Under the pieces are notes generated by a model. That model was given only the letters and a program-made list of their open reading frames with translations, was not told the DNA's origin and did not search any database. Made by a program: the position numbers and the translations under genes. Of a DNA stretch of 64,000 nt, positions 46,160-56,225 are shown one piece after another. The stretch covers positions 32,001 through 96,000 of the forward strand of contig CAWBOC010000010.1 of the NCBI GenBank assembly GCA_963790305.1, in the 5' to 3' direction. Numbering within the stretch: the stretch's first letter is position 1; each line of letters opens with the position of its first letter. This stretch comes from an uncultured Gemmatimonadaceae bacterium. Its GTDB lineage: Bacteria > Gemmatimonadota > Gemmatimonadetes > Gemmatimonadales > Gemmatimonadaceae.

Positions 46160-48202
46160 CTACTCCTCCGCCACAAGCATGTCGTGGAGCTCCGCCATTG
46201 TCCTCGGCCTTTGCCCCCGGTCGCGGTGGAGAGCCGCGATCACGGCATCGGATAACCGCCGAGGGACCTCGGGTACCAGCTCGTGCGGGGGCAACGGGGC
46301 CTGCTCCAGCACGCGCGAGATGAGCTGCATGGGATTGTCAGCGGTGTGCGGCGTGCGTCCCGTGAGGCACTCATAGATCACGACTCCCACCGCGTAGATG
46401 TCGGCGCGCGCATCGACGTCCTCCCCAAGCAGCTGCTCCGGCGCCATGTACTCGGGCGTCCCCACCACCACTCCCGTCTGCGTCATCCCCTGGGTGCGCC
46501 CGAGGAGGCGCGCGATGCCAAAGTCCATCACCTTCAGCACCCCGTCAGGGGCGAGCACCATGTTGTGCGGCTTGATGTCACGGTGGACGATCCCCTGCTC
46601 GTGCGCGACCTCGAGCGCACGGCACAGCTGCCGGGCGATCGGCAGCGTCGCATGCACCGGGAGTCGGCCACGTTCGGTGATCAGCGCCTTGACCGACGTG
46701 CCCTCGACGTACTCCATCGTGATGAAGTACATGCCCTCGGTCTCCCCCAGATCGTGCGTGCGGATGACGTTGCGATGGGAGATGCGGCGCGCCAGGCGCA
46801 GCTCGCTCTTGAAGCGCGCCAGCGCCGTCGAATCGGACACGAATTCCCGCCGAAGCGTCTTGACCGCGACCGGCTCGGACAGCTCGAGATCGAGTGCCCG
46901 GTACACGATCCCCATCCCCCCGCTGCCGATCGTCTCAATGATCTCGTATCGACCGGCGAGCCTCTGCCCGGGTTGCAGCGCGTCACCAAGGTGCTGCGTG
47001 GGTGCGACCAGGGGGTCGCGTGCCATGTCCCGCGAACCGGCGTCCGCGCTCAGGAAGTCCACCAGGTCGCGCTTTTCGCGAAGGTCGGCGAGCATCGCGC
47101 GAACCGATTCGGCCAGCCGGCCGATCTCGTCGCCGCCGCGCACGGGGATCTCCGCCGCATAGTCTCCGTCGGCCGCACGGCGCGTGGCTGCTTCGAGGAG
47201 CCCGACGCGACGGGTAATCGCGCGCGCCATGAGATAGGACAAGCCAAACGCCAGGAGCAGCCCGGCGAGCGTCGCCAGCAGAATGGAGCGCTGCAGCGTC
47301 GTGAATGCCGCCATTTCCTCGTCGAGCGATCGCAGCGCGACGAACCCGCCCAGGGCGACTCCCCCCGCGGATCGAAGTGCCGCGCCGCTCGCGACCCAGC
47401 GCGTCTCGCCTAACGTCACGTCCGTGCGAGACACTGCGCCGGTCGTGTCCAGCTCGCCCGCGGTGGGCGCCGAGGGCGAGCCCGCATCGGCTGCCGCCCA
47501 GATCGGCGCGCGCTCGTCGAGGAACCGCGTGAGCGCAGCATCCCGCGCGACCGACGATCCGCTGATGCGCGGCCGTCCGGTACTGTCGAGGGCGAAGAAG
47601 ACCACGCCACTCGATGTCGCGGTGGTGATCTCGCGCGCCACGGAATCGTCGATTGCCTTGGTCGCCATGAGCACGCCGACGACGCGCGCCGACGCGCCCT
47701 CGATGGGCACGGCCACCGCCTGATGCAGCACGGTGTCGGCGATCACCGCCGCCCCCGCCGATCGGCGACCAGCCAACGCGCGCGCGATGAGCGCCGAGCG
47801 GGCCAGTGTGTCCGCCCCGGCGGCGGGATCGTCGCTGCGTGCGAGCCGCACCCCGTGTGCATCGGTGAGATGCACCGTGCTCGCGCCGATCCGCTCGACC
47901 GCCTCGCCTGCCTGATCGAGAAAGGTCGAGCGCTCGGTGACCGGATTCTCGAACAGCGCGCGAAAGTTGGGATTGCGGGCGAACACCTGCGCGCTCGCTT
48001 CCAGACCACGCTCCCGTCCCTCCAGCAGCGCGCGCACGTGCGCTCGCGTCGCTCCGAGTCCACGCGTCACCGCCACGTCCGCGGCGCGCTCAGCCGATCG
48101 TGCCGTGATGGCGAGCGTGAGGGCGGAAACGGCGGCGACGACCACCACACCGCCGAGGAAAATTTTCCAGGTGAGTGAAAGGGCGGGCGTTCGGCGGGCC
48201 AC
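46160..48202 (-). CDS. Membrane Ser/Thr protein kinase: TM, periplasmic (Cache-like) sensor, TM, HAMP, C-terminal Hanks kinase
   Basis: ITRRV..L..A....A.GDY...I...GGDEIGRLA (HAMP); IGSGGMG, VAVK, HRDIKPHN, DFG, GTPEYMAPE. Confidence 0.92.
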   Translation of the reverse strand: MARRTPALSLTWKIFLGGVVVVAAVSALTLAITARSAERAADVAVTRGLGATRAHVRALLEGRERGLEASAQVFARNPNFRALFENPVTERSTFLDQAGEAVERIGASTVHLTDAHGVRLARSDDPAAGADTLARSALIARALAGRRSAGAAVIADTVLHQAVAVPIEGASARVVGVLMATKAIDDSVAREITTATSSGVVFFALDSTGRPRISGSSVARDAALTRFLDERAPIWAAADAGSPSAPTAGELDTTGAVSRTDVTLGETRWVASGAALRSAGGVALGGFVALRSLDEEMAAFTTLQRSILLATLAGLLLAFGLSYLMARAITRRVGLLEAATRRAADGDYAAEIPVRGGDEIGRLAESVRAMLADLREKRDLVDFLSADAGSRDMARDPLVAPTQHLGDALQPGQRLAGRYEIIETIGSGGMGIVYRALDLELSEPVAVKTLRREFVSDSTALARFKSELRLARRISHRNVIRTHDLGETEGMYFITMEYVEGTSVKALITERGRLPVHATLPIARQLCRALEVAHEQGIVHRDIKPHNMVLAPDGVLKVMDFGIARLLGRTQGMTQTGVVVGTPEYMAPEQLLGEDVDARADIYAVGVVIYECLTGRTPHTADNPMQLISRVLEQAPLPPHELVPEVPRRLSDAVIAALHRDRGQRPRTMAELHDMLVAEE

Positions 48203-48204
48203 GG

Positions 48205-48894
48205 TCAGTAGCGATCTCGCTCCGTGGGAGGATAGTCCCGGCCGAACTTGTTCTTGTGCGACGCTGGCCGCCAGCCGCGAGCGTCGATCTGCTCATCGAG
48301 TCCCGTCAGCGCTTCTCCGGCCACGACGATCTCGCGTGTGCGCTCGGAGGCGCGCTCGTGCCACACGTGAAGCATGTACGTTCCTGGCGGAACACGCTCG
48401 ATCGTCCACGATCCATCCGCCTGCGCCTGCGTGTAGTGCGTCGTGGGCACTGCGACGACGAAGGCGCTCATCCGCGAGTGGATGTTGCAGAAGATCGGAT
48501 AGACGCCCACGCGGCGAAACGCGGCCGGTCGCGCGGTTCCTCGCGGGTACAGCCCCAGGTCGAAGGTGCCACCCGGCGTGTTCGAGAACACGTTGTGGCG
48601 AAAGGGATCCTGATTGGGGAAATTGACGCGGCTGCCGACCGTCACCACCCGCACGCGAGGCACGAATTGCTTCGATTGCATCGCGATTTCGACGTCCTTC
48701 GCCGCGACCGTCCCCTTGCCACCCGCGGTCGGCTCGAGAAAGATCACCGTGCTGCCGACGTCGGTGGCGACCTTGCCTGGCTGCTCGAGGATCGTGATGC
48801 GGCCGCTCACCGCGACTCCCTCGGGAGCGCGTGGCTGCTGTGCCGCGACAGAAACGGCGCTCACTGCGAGCGCCGCGATCCACATCCACGTCAC
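48205..48894 (-). CDS. Secreted cupredoxin-like protein with carboxypeptidase-regulatory-like flanks
   Basis: Signal peptide; KQFVP, VNFPNQDPFRHNVFS, FDLGLY, IFCNIHSRM, VPPGTY.LHVWHE. Confidence 0.85.
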   Translation of the reverse strand: MTWMWIAALAVSAVSVAAQQPRAPEGVAVSGRITILEQPGKVATDVGSTVIFLEPTAGGKGTVAAKDVEIAMQSKQFVPRVRVVTVGSRVNFPNQDPFRHNVFSNTPGGTFDLGLYPRGTARPAAFRRVGVYPIFCNIHSRMSAFVVAVPTTHYTQAQADGSWTIERVPPGTYMLHVWHERASERTREIVVAGEALTGLDEQIDARGWRPASHKNKFGRDYPPTERDRY

Positions 48895-48937
48895 CAATCA
48901 CCCCACCATTGAAAGAGTTCTCTCCGGGGCGAACACT

Positions 48938-50266
48938 ATGAGCCACCATCGAACGGCGTCAAGCGCGCGCGTCACGCTCCTCATGCTCGTGCTCCTGACG
49001 CGAGCCGTCGCGGCGCAGGAGCCAGACACCGCACGCACTGCGCAGGACTCACTCGCGGCACGGCTCGAGCGCGCCGAAGAAGCGATCGAGCTCCTCCGCC
49101 AGCAGCTCGCGGCGCAGTCGGAGTCGGAGGTTCGAACGGTGTCTCGCGTGAGCCTGGAGCTCACCGGGCGGGCGCTCGTGAATGCGTTCACCAACAGCGG
49201 TCGCGTCAACAGCGCGGACGTTCCGCAGTTCGTGCTCGCCGATGGCGCCGAGTTTCCTCCGCCCGAGGACTTTCCGCGAGGCTCGGTCGGATTGTCGGCG
49301 CGGCAGACGACCGTCGGCCTCATCGTGTCCGTTGCCGACGTGATGGGTGGCGAGCTCATCGGTGACGTCCACGCGGACTTCTTCTCCGTACAGCAGCCCG
49401 GTGCGGGCGGACGGATCGCCCCCACCATGAGATTGCGAACGTTGAAGGCGGCCGTGCGTTGGCCGAACGCAGAGCTTCTGGTCGGCCAGGAGGTACCTCT
49501 GGTGTTGGGCCTCAACCCGGTGGGCACGGCGAGCATCGGGACACCGACCTTCGCGACCGCCGGCAACCTCTGGCTGTGGCTTCCGCAGATTCGCGCGACC
49601 GTCGAGACGGGTGGCGCACTGCGGCTTGCGCTGCAGGGCGCGGTGCTCGCGCCCAACTCGAGCGAGCCCATCAGCGGAACCAATCGCGACCGCGATGCCG
49701 ATGTTGCCGAGCGCTCGCGCCGACCGTTCGTGCAGGGGCGTGTGCGCGCGCGGTGGGGAAGCGAGGAGCGGCCGGGTGAGGTGGGTGTCGGCGTCCATGG
49801 TGGGTGGTTTGCACGGCCCACCGTCGCGGGCGGTCGCGACGACATGCACGAGAGCTGGGCCGTTGCCGCCGACGTCCTGGCACCACTCGGCCCCCTCACG
49901 CTGCGCGCCGAGCTCTATCGCGGCGCGCTGCTCCGCGGCCTGGGCGGAGGCGGCATCGGCCAGAACTTCGCTCCGGATGGCACGCGCCTGCTCGATCGCG
50001 GCGGCTGGGCGCAGCTCGACCTCCGGGTCGCGACGACGACTTCGTTAGGCGGCGGGTGCGGCGTCGATGACCCGCGCGTGGCACGTCCCGCCTCGGGGTC
50101 TGTGCGCACGCGGAATGTGGCGTGCGAGGCCCACGTCCTGGTGCGCCCCGCGGGCCCCCTGGTGCTGGGACTCGAAGCGAGGCGGATGGAGACCACCTGG
50201 GTCGCGGCGGTGGAGCGGAAGTTCGCCAGCGACCACCTCAATCTTGCCGTGGGGTTCGAGTTCTAA
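48938..50266 (+). CDS. Outer-membrane beta-barrel / porin-like protein with an N-terminal coiled coil
   Basis: Signal peptide ..AVAAQ; LAARLERAEEAIELLRQQL; LLVGQ, GNLWLWLPQIR; C-terminal LAVGFEF. Confidence 0.75.
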   Translation: MSHHRTASSARVTLLMLVLLTRAVAAQEPDTARTAQDSLAARLERAEEAIELLRQQLAAQSESEVRTVSRVSLELTGRALVNAFTNSGRVNSADVPQFVLADGAEFPPPEDFPRGSVGLSARQTTVGLIVSVADVMGGELIGDVHADFFSVQQPGAGGRIAPTMRLRTLKAAVRWPNAELLVGQEVPLVLGLNPVGTASIGTPTFATAGNLWLWLPQIRATVETGGALRLALQGAVLAPNSSEPISGTNRDRDADVAERSRRPFVQGRVRARWGSEERPGEVGVGVHGGWFARPTVAGGRDDMHESWAVAADVLAPLGPLTLRAELYRGALLRGLGGGGIGQNFAPDGTRLLDRGGWAQLDLRVATTTSLGGGCGVDDPRVARPASGSVRTRNVACEAHVLVRPAGPLVLGLEARRMETTWVAAVERKFASDHLNLAVGFEF

Positions 50267-50270
50267 CCCA

Positions 50271-50341
50271 GAGGTTGTCGAGGTTGTCGAGGTGATCAAG
50301 GTGAAGTCGCCCCGACTACTTCGACGACCTCGACGACCTGG
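50271..50341. repeat. Family A element
   Basis: GAGGTTGTCGAGGTTGTCGAGGTGATCAAGG ... CGACTACTTCGACGACCTCGACGACCTGG. Confidence 0.88.
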
Positions 50342-50383
50342 AAAACAGAAACGCCGGCCCTTTCGGGCCGGCGTTCTGTTTTC
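50341..50383. terminator. Bidirectional intrinsic terminator
   Basis: GAAAACAGAAACGCCGGCCC TTTC GGGCCGGCGTTCTGTTTTC. Confidence 0.92.
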
Positions 50384-50395
50384 GACTCGAGCAGC

Positions 50396-51124
50396 TTACT
50401 TCGTGCCGGGGCGGATCGTGAAGCCGAGGCCGAACTGCGTCTCGCCTTCCTCGATGAACACCTTGCGGATACCGACGTTCGCGCCAATGCCATTGGCAAA
50501 GGCGAGACCGACGCCACCACCGACCATGAACCGCTGACCGCTCTCCGACTCATCGGAGACCTTGTAACGGCCGTAGGCAAAGCCAGGCGCCAGGAACGGC
50601 GACACCTTGACGTTCTTGCCAACGGTGAGCTTGATCGGCAGGCTGGCCGCGAGCGCCATCGCCTGCTCTTCCTCGGGGAACCCGAAGCCGAGCTCGCCCT
50701 CGAGACCCACCGCCCAGCGCGAGCCGGAGCGAGCGTCACCCAGCGTACCACCCGTCAGGCGGGCCGAGTAGCGCGAGCCAACGATCAGGTGGCCTTCGCA
50801 ATCGAGGCCCGTGGGGCAGTCGATCGACATGTAACCAGCGGTGAACCCAAGACGGCCAGAGCCGACGCTCAGGTCAAGACCGCCAGCGAACGAGCTCGAC
50901 GTCACGTCCGAGCCCCAGTCCATGCGGCCATACTGCAGGTGCCAGCCAATCCCGCCGGCGCCAGCCAGCGTGTTCGTCGCCAACGGCGGCAGAGCGCCAA
51001 CCGTCGAAGCGTTGATCGCCATGTACGCGGCGACGTCATTGATGCTGGGACCCTCTTCTTGCGCGCTCATCGCCGGGGCGGCGAGTACGAGCGCGGACGC
51101 TGCGATCGCAAAGATCTTCTTCAT
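50396..51124 (-). CDS. Secreted, probable small outer-membrane beta-barrel protein
   Basis: MKKIFAIAASALVLAAPAMSAQ signal; alternating Gly/hydrophobic strands; GAGGA RBS; own terminator. Confidence 0.75.
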   Translation of the reverse strand: MKKIFAIAASALVLAAPAMSAQEEGPSINDVAAYMAINASTVGALPPLATNTLAGAGGIGWHLQYGRMDWGSDVTSSSFAGGLDLSVGSGRLGFTAGYMSIDCPTGLDCEGHLIVGSRYSARLTGGTLGDARSGSRWAVGLEGELGFGFPEEEQAMALAASLPIKLTVGKNVKVSPFLAPGFAYGRYKVSDESESGQRFMVGGGVGLAFANGIGANVGIRKVFIEEGETQFGLGFTIRPGTK

Positions 51125-51303
51125 GTGAATGAAGTCCTCAAAGGGGTGGTTCTGGTCCCCGCGTTCGGCGCGAGGGGTGGGCGGAACAACGGCGTTCCGT
51201 AAGCACTCCCCTGCAAGACGAGTCGACTCCGGAATACGCAACGCTATGGAGCCACGTCACATGGCCGCGCTTCGGGTGACGCGCTGCTCCGGCGCCGACT
51301 GCG

Positions 51304-51336
51304 GACGTAACATATTGACAAATAACATGTTACGTC
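51304..51336. promoter_or_regulatory. AT-rich palindromic protein-binding site (IHF-like)
   Basis: GACGTAACAT-13nt-ATGTTACGTC, perfect 10-bp arms, in a divergent intergenic region. Confidence 0.5.
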
Positions 51337-51628
51337 ATGACAGCCGCATCGGCCCGCGGCGCGGGCGGGCCCGGCTAGCGCCGTAACCGGCGGACCCGCG
51401 TCACATCGCGCCGACGCCCCGACCTCCAGAGTCAGCGGTGCCCATAGTTGCGCGGCGACCCGCCGCCTGCATAACGAGACCGACAGCAGGCACGTCGCAT
51501 GGGAACACGAGGCCCTGGCCCCGGGCGTCCGCGCGAAGGATTTCTCTTGCGGGAATGTCGCGAAATCCCCACCATTCAGGCCGCCGTGCGCCGACGCACG
51601 ATCCCCTTCCGCGCCATCCGACGGGCCC

Positions 51629-52495
51629 ATGGTGGGACGACGTCTCCTTCCATTCCTCGCTGTTATCTCACTCGGTGCCTGCGAGATCGCGCGCACCGAC
51701 GACACCGTCGCGCGCGCGGCGTCCCTGACGCCGGACGCCGCCGGGATCGTGCGCCTCCCCGCGCCCGTCGACTCCGAGATACCGAGCGGCGCCTTGGGAG
51801 AGTCCATCCGACGCGGGCGCGCCCTGCTGGCGGCGACTCCCGATAGCCTTCCGCATAACGTCGGCGGGCGATTGCGTTGCACCAGCTGCCACCTCGATGA
51901 CGGAACGCGGGTCAATGCGGCGCCGCTCGTCGGCGTCTACGCCCGGTTCCCGCAGTTCCGCGATCGCAGTAATTCGGTGGCGATCATCGAGGATCGCGTC
52001 AACGATTGCTTCGAGCGCAGCATGAACGGTCGGGCACTGGCGTACGACTCTCGCGACATGCGCGACATCGTCGCGTGGCTCGCGTTTCTGTCGCGCGGCA
52101 GCCCGGTGCACCGCGACACGACGCCGCGTGGCATTCCACTGCTCGCCGCGATGACTCCGGACAGCGCCGCCGGGCGCTCGCAATTCACGACCATGTGCGC
52201 TGCCTGCCACGGCATGGACGGGCAGGGAACGCCAGCCGGCCCTCCGCTCTGGGGACCGAAGAGCTACAACATCGGCGCGAGCATGGCCCGGCTCCGCACC
52301 GCGGCGTCGTTCATCAAGTACAACATGCCGAATGACCGGCCGGGCACGCTCACGGCGCAGCAGGCTTTCGACCTTGCCGCGTACGTGAACTCGCAGTCGC
52401 GGCCGGATCTCGCTGGCAAGGAGAACGATTGGCCGAGGGGGGACGCACCCTCGGACGTACCGTACACGACTCGGGGCCGTTCGAGCGGGCGGTAA
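51629..52495 (+). CDS. tsdA: Diheme cytochrome c, thiosulfate dehydrogenase TsdA-like lipoprotein
   Basis: LGAC lipobox; CTSCH and CAACH; RVNDCFERSMNG (axial Cys motif); PPLWG..SYNIGA.M; NMP. Confidence 0.85.
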   Translation: MVGRRLLPFLAVISLGACEIARTDDTVARAASLTPDAAGIVRLPAPVDSEIPSGALGESIRRGRALLAATPDSLPHNVGGRLRCTSCHLDDGTRVNAAPLVGVYARFPQFRDRSNSVAIIEDRVNDCFERSMNGRALAYDSRDMRDIVAWLAFLSRGSPVHRDTTPRGIPLLAAMTPDSAAGRSQFTTMCAACHGMDGQGTPAGPPLWGPKSYNIGASMARLRTAASFIKYNMPNDRPGTLTAQQAFDLAAYVNSQSRPDLAGKENDWPRGDAPSDVPYTTRGRSSGR

Positions 52496-52498
52496 CGG

Positions 52499-52530
52499 AG
52501 ACGTCAGACGTCAAGAGCTCGGAATTCAGA
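52499..52530. repeat. Short heptamer array (AGACGTC), possible further family
   Basis: AGACGTCAGACGTCAAGAGCTCGGAATTCAGA starting 3 nt after the stop; no clear right arm. Confidence 0.4.
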
Positions 52531-52566
52531 AACGCGACCTTCCACCTGCCCCACAAAGGAGCCCTC

Positions 52567-53265
52567 ATGAGTGACACCATCCTGAACGTTCCTCGGCGCG
52601 AATTCCTCGCCGGGCTCGCCGCGGCCGGCGCCGGCGTGTTCGCCCCCGCCGCGGCCTTTGCCTCGACGCTCGATGACCGCCGCTTCCGCGTGGCGCCGGA
52701 CGAGAAGTGGCTCGAAAGCCTAACGGGCAAACACAAGCAAGTGTTCGACATGCCGAACCCGACCCACGGCCTCGGGATGATTCACATCCGCAATTACCTC
52801 AAGGCGTGGAAGGACAACTACAACCTCGAGCATCCGCAGGTCAACGCGGTCGGCACGCTCTACTTCATGACCATTCCCCTCGGCCTCACCGATCCAATGT
52901 GGGCGAAGTACAAGCTCGGCGAAGCGATCAAGGAGACGGACAAGAAGACCGACGCGTTCGCGGTGCGCAACATCTACCACAAGGCGGATCCGGGCGAAGC
53001 GACGCTCGCGATCAAGGGCATCGCCGACTGGCCCGCTGACACCTCGATCGACGGGCTGCAGAAGAAGGGGACGCTGTTCATCATGTGCAACAACGCGCTG
53101 AACTTCTGGGCGATGAACGTGGCGAAGGCGTCGAACCAGACGATGGAGGCCGTGCGCACCGAGTTCCTCGCGCACCTCGTGCCGGGCGTCGTCGTCGTGC
53201 CGGCAATGGTGATGGCGGTCGATCAGGCGCAGGCGAAGGGGTGCTCGTACATGCGGATGGGGTAA
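52567..53265 (+). CDS. Tat-exported hypothetical protein, possibly DsrE-like
   Basis: PRREFL twin-arginine signal; HKQVFD; LQKKGTLFIMCNNA; VVVVPAMV.A...AQ.KG.SY. Confidence 0.75.
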   Translation: MSDTILNVPRREFLAGLAAAGAGVFAPAAAFASTLDDRRFRVAPDEKWLESLTGKHKQVFDMPNPTHGLGMIHIRNYLKAWKDNYNLEHPQVNAVGTLYFMTIPLGLTDPMWAKYKLGEAIKETDKKTDAFAVRNIYHKADPGEATLAIKGIADWPADTSIDGLQKKGTLFIMCNNALNFWAMNVAKASNQTMEAVRTEFLAHLVPGVVVVPAMVMAVDQAQAKGCSYMRMG

Positions 53266-53267
53266 GC

Positions 53268-53346
53268 AGAGGCGCTAGAGGCGCTAGAGGCGCTAGAGGG
53301 CGGTTGCCCCTCAGCGCCTCTAGCGCCTCTACGCCTCTAGCGCCTC
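53268..53346. repeat. Tandem-arm hairpin element, 9-mer family E (AGAGGCGCT / AGCGCCTCT)
   Basis: (AGAGGCGCT)3 AGAGGGC GGTT GCCCCTC then about four AGCGCCTCT units; fills the convergent junction. Confidence 0.92.
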
Positions 53347-54751
53347 AGCTTTTCGAAATCTCTCCTACCACCGCCGTCAGCATCTTCTTCGCGTCACCGA
53401 ACAGCATCGCCGTCTTCTCGTTGTAATACAGCTCGTTGTCGATGCCGGCGAAGCCCGGATTCATGCTCCGCTTGATCACGATCACGCTCTTCGCGTGGTC
53501 CACGTTCAGGATCGGCATCCCGTAGAGCGGGCTCGTGGTATCCGTGCGCGCGGCGGGATTGGTGACGTCGTTCGCACCGATCACCAGCGCGACATCCGTC
53601 CGCTCGAACTCGCGGTTGATGTCGTCCATCTCGTACAGCTGGTCGTACGGGACGTCCGCCTCGGCCAGCAGGACGTTCATGTGGCCCGGCATGCGGCCGG
53701 CCACCGGATGAATCGCGTACTTCACGTCGACGCCGCGCTTCTCGAGCAGGCGCGCCAGCTCCTTCACCGAGTGCTGCGCCTGCGCGACGGCCAGCCCGTA
53801 GCCGGGAACGAAGACGACGCTTCGCGCATAGCCGAGCATCACCGCCGCGTCCTCAGCTCGCACGGTGCGGACCGGACGATCCGCGCCATCTCCCGCCGCC
53901 GTCGTCGACGTCGCCCCAAACGCGCCGAAGAGCACGTTGGTGAGCGACCGGTTCATCGCGCGGCACATGATCTGGGTCAGGATGATTCCCGAGGCCCCGA
54001 CGAGCGCGCCGCTGATGATCAGCACGTTGTTGTGCAGCACGAATCCCGCGGCCGCGCCCGCCATCCCCGAGTAGGAGTTCAGGAGCGAGATGACGACGGG
54101 CATGTCCGCGCCCCCGATCGGAATCACCAGGAGGACGCCCAGCGCGAGCGACAGCACCGTGAGCGCGACGAACACCGCCGACATGTCGAAGTCGGCGACC
54201 AGCCACGCCGAGAGGCCGACGGCCACCGCGAGCAGCGCGAAGTTCAGCGTCTTCTGCGCGGGGAACGTGATCGCCCGTCCCGGCATGAGCTCCTGCAGCT
54301 TCGCGAACGCGATCATGCTTCCGGTGAAGGTGATCGCGCCGATGAGCATCGTGGCCATGATGCTGACCACGACGTCGGTCGCGCGCAGATCGGGGTGCAG
54401 GAGCAGCTGGTAGTACTCCGCCGCGGCGACGATCGCCGACGCCGCGCCGCCGAAGCCGTTCAGCAGCGCGACCATCTGTGGCATCGCCGTCATCTTCACC
54501 GAGTGCGCGAGCCAAATGCCGGCGACCGTGCCGATCACGAGGCCGAGCAGGATCCATCGGAACGCGATGATCTGCTGATCGAGCAGCGTCGCACCGATGG
54601 CCAGCAACATGCCGAGCGCGCCAATCGCGTTGCCGCGGCGCGCGGTCCGTGGGGACGACAGCAGCTTGAGCCCGACGATGAACAGGACCGCCGCGACGAG
54701 ATACGTCAGCGCGATGACGAGAGCGATACTGCGGGTGGGCTCGGCGTTCAC
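53345..54751 (-). CDS. pntB: NAD(P) transhydrogenase subunit beta
   Basis: MTAMPQMVA, PIGGADMPVVISLLNSYSG, VPGYGLAVAQAQ, HPVAGRMPGHMNVLLAEA, GANDVTNPAA. Confidence 0.97.
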   Translation of the reverse strand: MNAEPTRSIALVIALTYLVAAVLFIVGLKLLSSPRTARRGNAIGALGMLLAIGATLLDQQIIAFRWILLGLVIGTVAGIWLAHSVKMTAMPQMVALLNGFGGAASAIVAAAEYYQLLLHPDLRATDVVVSIMATMLIGAITFTGSMIAFAKLQELMPGRAITFPAQKTLNFALLAVAVGLSAWLVADFDMSAVFVALTVLSLALGVLLVIPIGGADMPVVISLLNSYSGMAGAAAGFVLHNNVLIISGALVGASGIILTQIMCRAMNRSLTNVLFGAFGATSTTAAGDGADRPVRTVRAEDAAVMLGYARSVVFVPGYGLAVAQAQHSVKELARLLEKRGVDVKYAIHPVAGRMPGHMNVLLAEADVPYDQLYEMDDINREFERTDVALVIGANDVTNPAARTDTTSPLYGMPILNVDHAKSVIVIKRSMNPGFAGIDNELYYNEKTAMLFGDAKKMLTAVVGEISKS

Positions 54752-55081
54752 GTCAAACGGCGGCTGCGACCTGCGAACAATGTCATTCGCGTGGAGTCGC
54801 GGAGCGGCGGAACATTCGCAACATGCGATCGGTCACGAGGAATCCGCCCACGACGTTGATCGTCGCCAGCGCCACCGCGGCGACGCCGAGGATCGTGTCG
54901 TACGGGGTCGACGAGACGTCCGGCGATGATGGATCGAGCCGATGACCGAAATGCCGGAGATCGCGTTCGACCCCGACATGAGCGGTGTATGCAGCAGCGT
55001 CGGCACCTTCGCGATGACCTCGAAGCCGACGAACACGGCCAGGACGAAGATGTACAGAGCAACGAGCAGCGCCTCGGTCAC
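54748..55081 (-). CDS. pntAb: NAD(P) transhydrogenase subunit alpha part 2, apparent frameshift(s)
   Basis: IFVLAVFVG.EVI.KVP.LLHTPLMSGSNAISG + LATINVVGGFLVTDRML.MF. Confidence 0.92.
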
Positions 55082-56225
55082 GCGGAGCTTCCCTCCACGA
55101 CGGCACGCACCCGGTCGTTCACGACATGTTGCCCTCGCGCGTGATGCACGCCTCGCGAATGATCTCGTCGTCGAAGTTGAGCGTCAGCGCCCCATCCTTG
55201 ATGAGCAGCTGAAGCAACGCGGCATGATTGCGCGACAGCATTTGGCTGGCGTGCACCGGCATCGACGACACGAGATCGAGAGGCGCATGGATCGTGACGC
55301 CATGCTCGACGACGGTCTCTCCGGGCCGCGACAGCTCGCAGTTTCCGCCCTGCTCGCCGGCGAGATCGACGATCACCGACCCGGGACGCATCGCGCGCAC
55401 CGTCTCGGCCGTGATGAGCACCGGCGCGCGTTTTCCCGGAATGAGCGCGGTCGTGATGACGACGTCCGCCTCACGAGCCCGGCTCGCCACCAGCTCGAGC
55501 TCACGGCGGTGCGCGTCTTCCGAGAGCTCTTTCGCGTACCCGCCCTTGTCCTCGGTTTCCGCGACGCCGAGCGCCGCCTCGACGAACGTGGCGCCAAGGC
55601 TCTGCACCTGCTCCTTCACCACGGGTCGGGTGTCGAAGGCCTCCACGACCGCGCCCAGTCGGCGGGCGGTGGCGATGGCCTGCAGACCCGCGACGCCGGC
55701 GCCGATGACGAACACGCGAGCCGGGGTCAGCGTCCCGGCCGCGGTCATCAGGAGCGGGAAGAATTTCGGCAGCGATCGGGCCGCGGTCAGCGCCGCCGCG
55801 TACCCCGCGATCGATGCCATCGACGAGAGCACGTCGAGCGACTGCGCACGCGCGATGCGCGGGATCGCGTCGGTGCTGAACGATGTCACGCGGCGCTCGC
55901 GCGAGACTGCGAACGACGTCGGGATTCGACAAGCGGCTGCAGGGGCGCGACGAGCACCGTGTTCCTCGCGCAGCAGCCCGAGGACGTCCGGTCCGGGACG
56001 TCGCGCGTGAAGCACCAGGTCACTCTTGGCGTACAGCTCGCGCGCGTCGCCGGCGATTGTGGCGCCGGCCTTCGTATAGGCGTCATCGGCGTGGAACGCG
56101 CGATCGCCCGCGCCGCGCTCGATCATGACGCCGACCCCGGACCGCACCAGCTTCTCGGCGGTCTCCGGGATCAGCGCCACGCGTCGTTCGCCAGGAGCGG
56201 TCTCGCGAGGAACGCCGACAATCAT
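55078..56225 (-). CDS. pntAa: NAD(P) transhydrogenase subunit alpha part 1, apparent frameshifts (~55950, ~55135)
   Basis: GVPRE..PGERRVA, RAQSLDVLSS, GAGVAGLQAIATARRLGA, DVVITTALIPG, GGNCE. Confidence 0.95.

Noticed and set aside
51238..51254. Sigma54 promoter for the 50396-51124 gene (TGGC...TTGC on the minus strand)
   Set aside because: Spacing is GG-N12-GC rather than the required N10
51304..51336. dif (XerCD) site
   Set aside because: One arm loosely resembles the XerD half, but the site is a symmetric palindrome with a 13-nt centre, not an 11-6-11 layout
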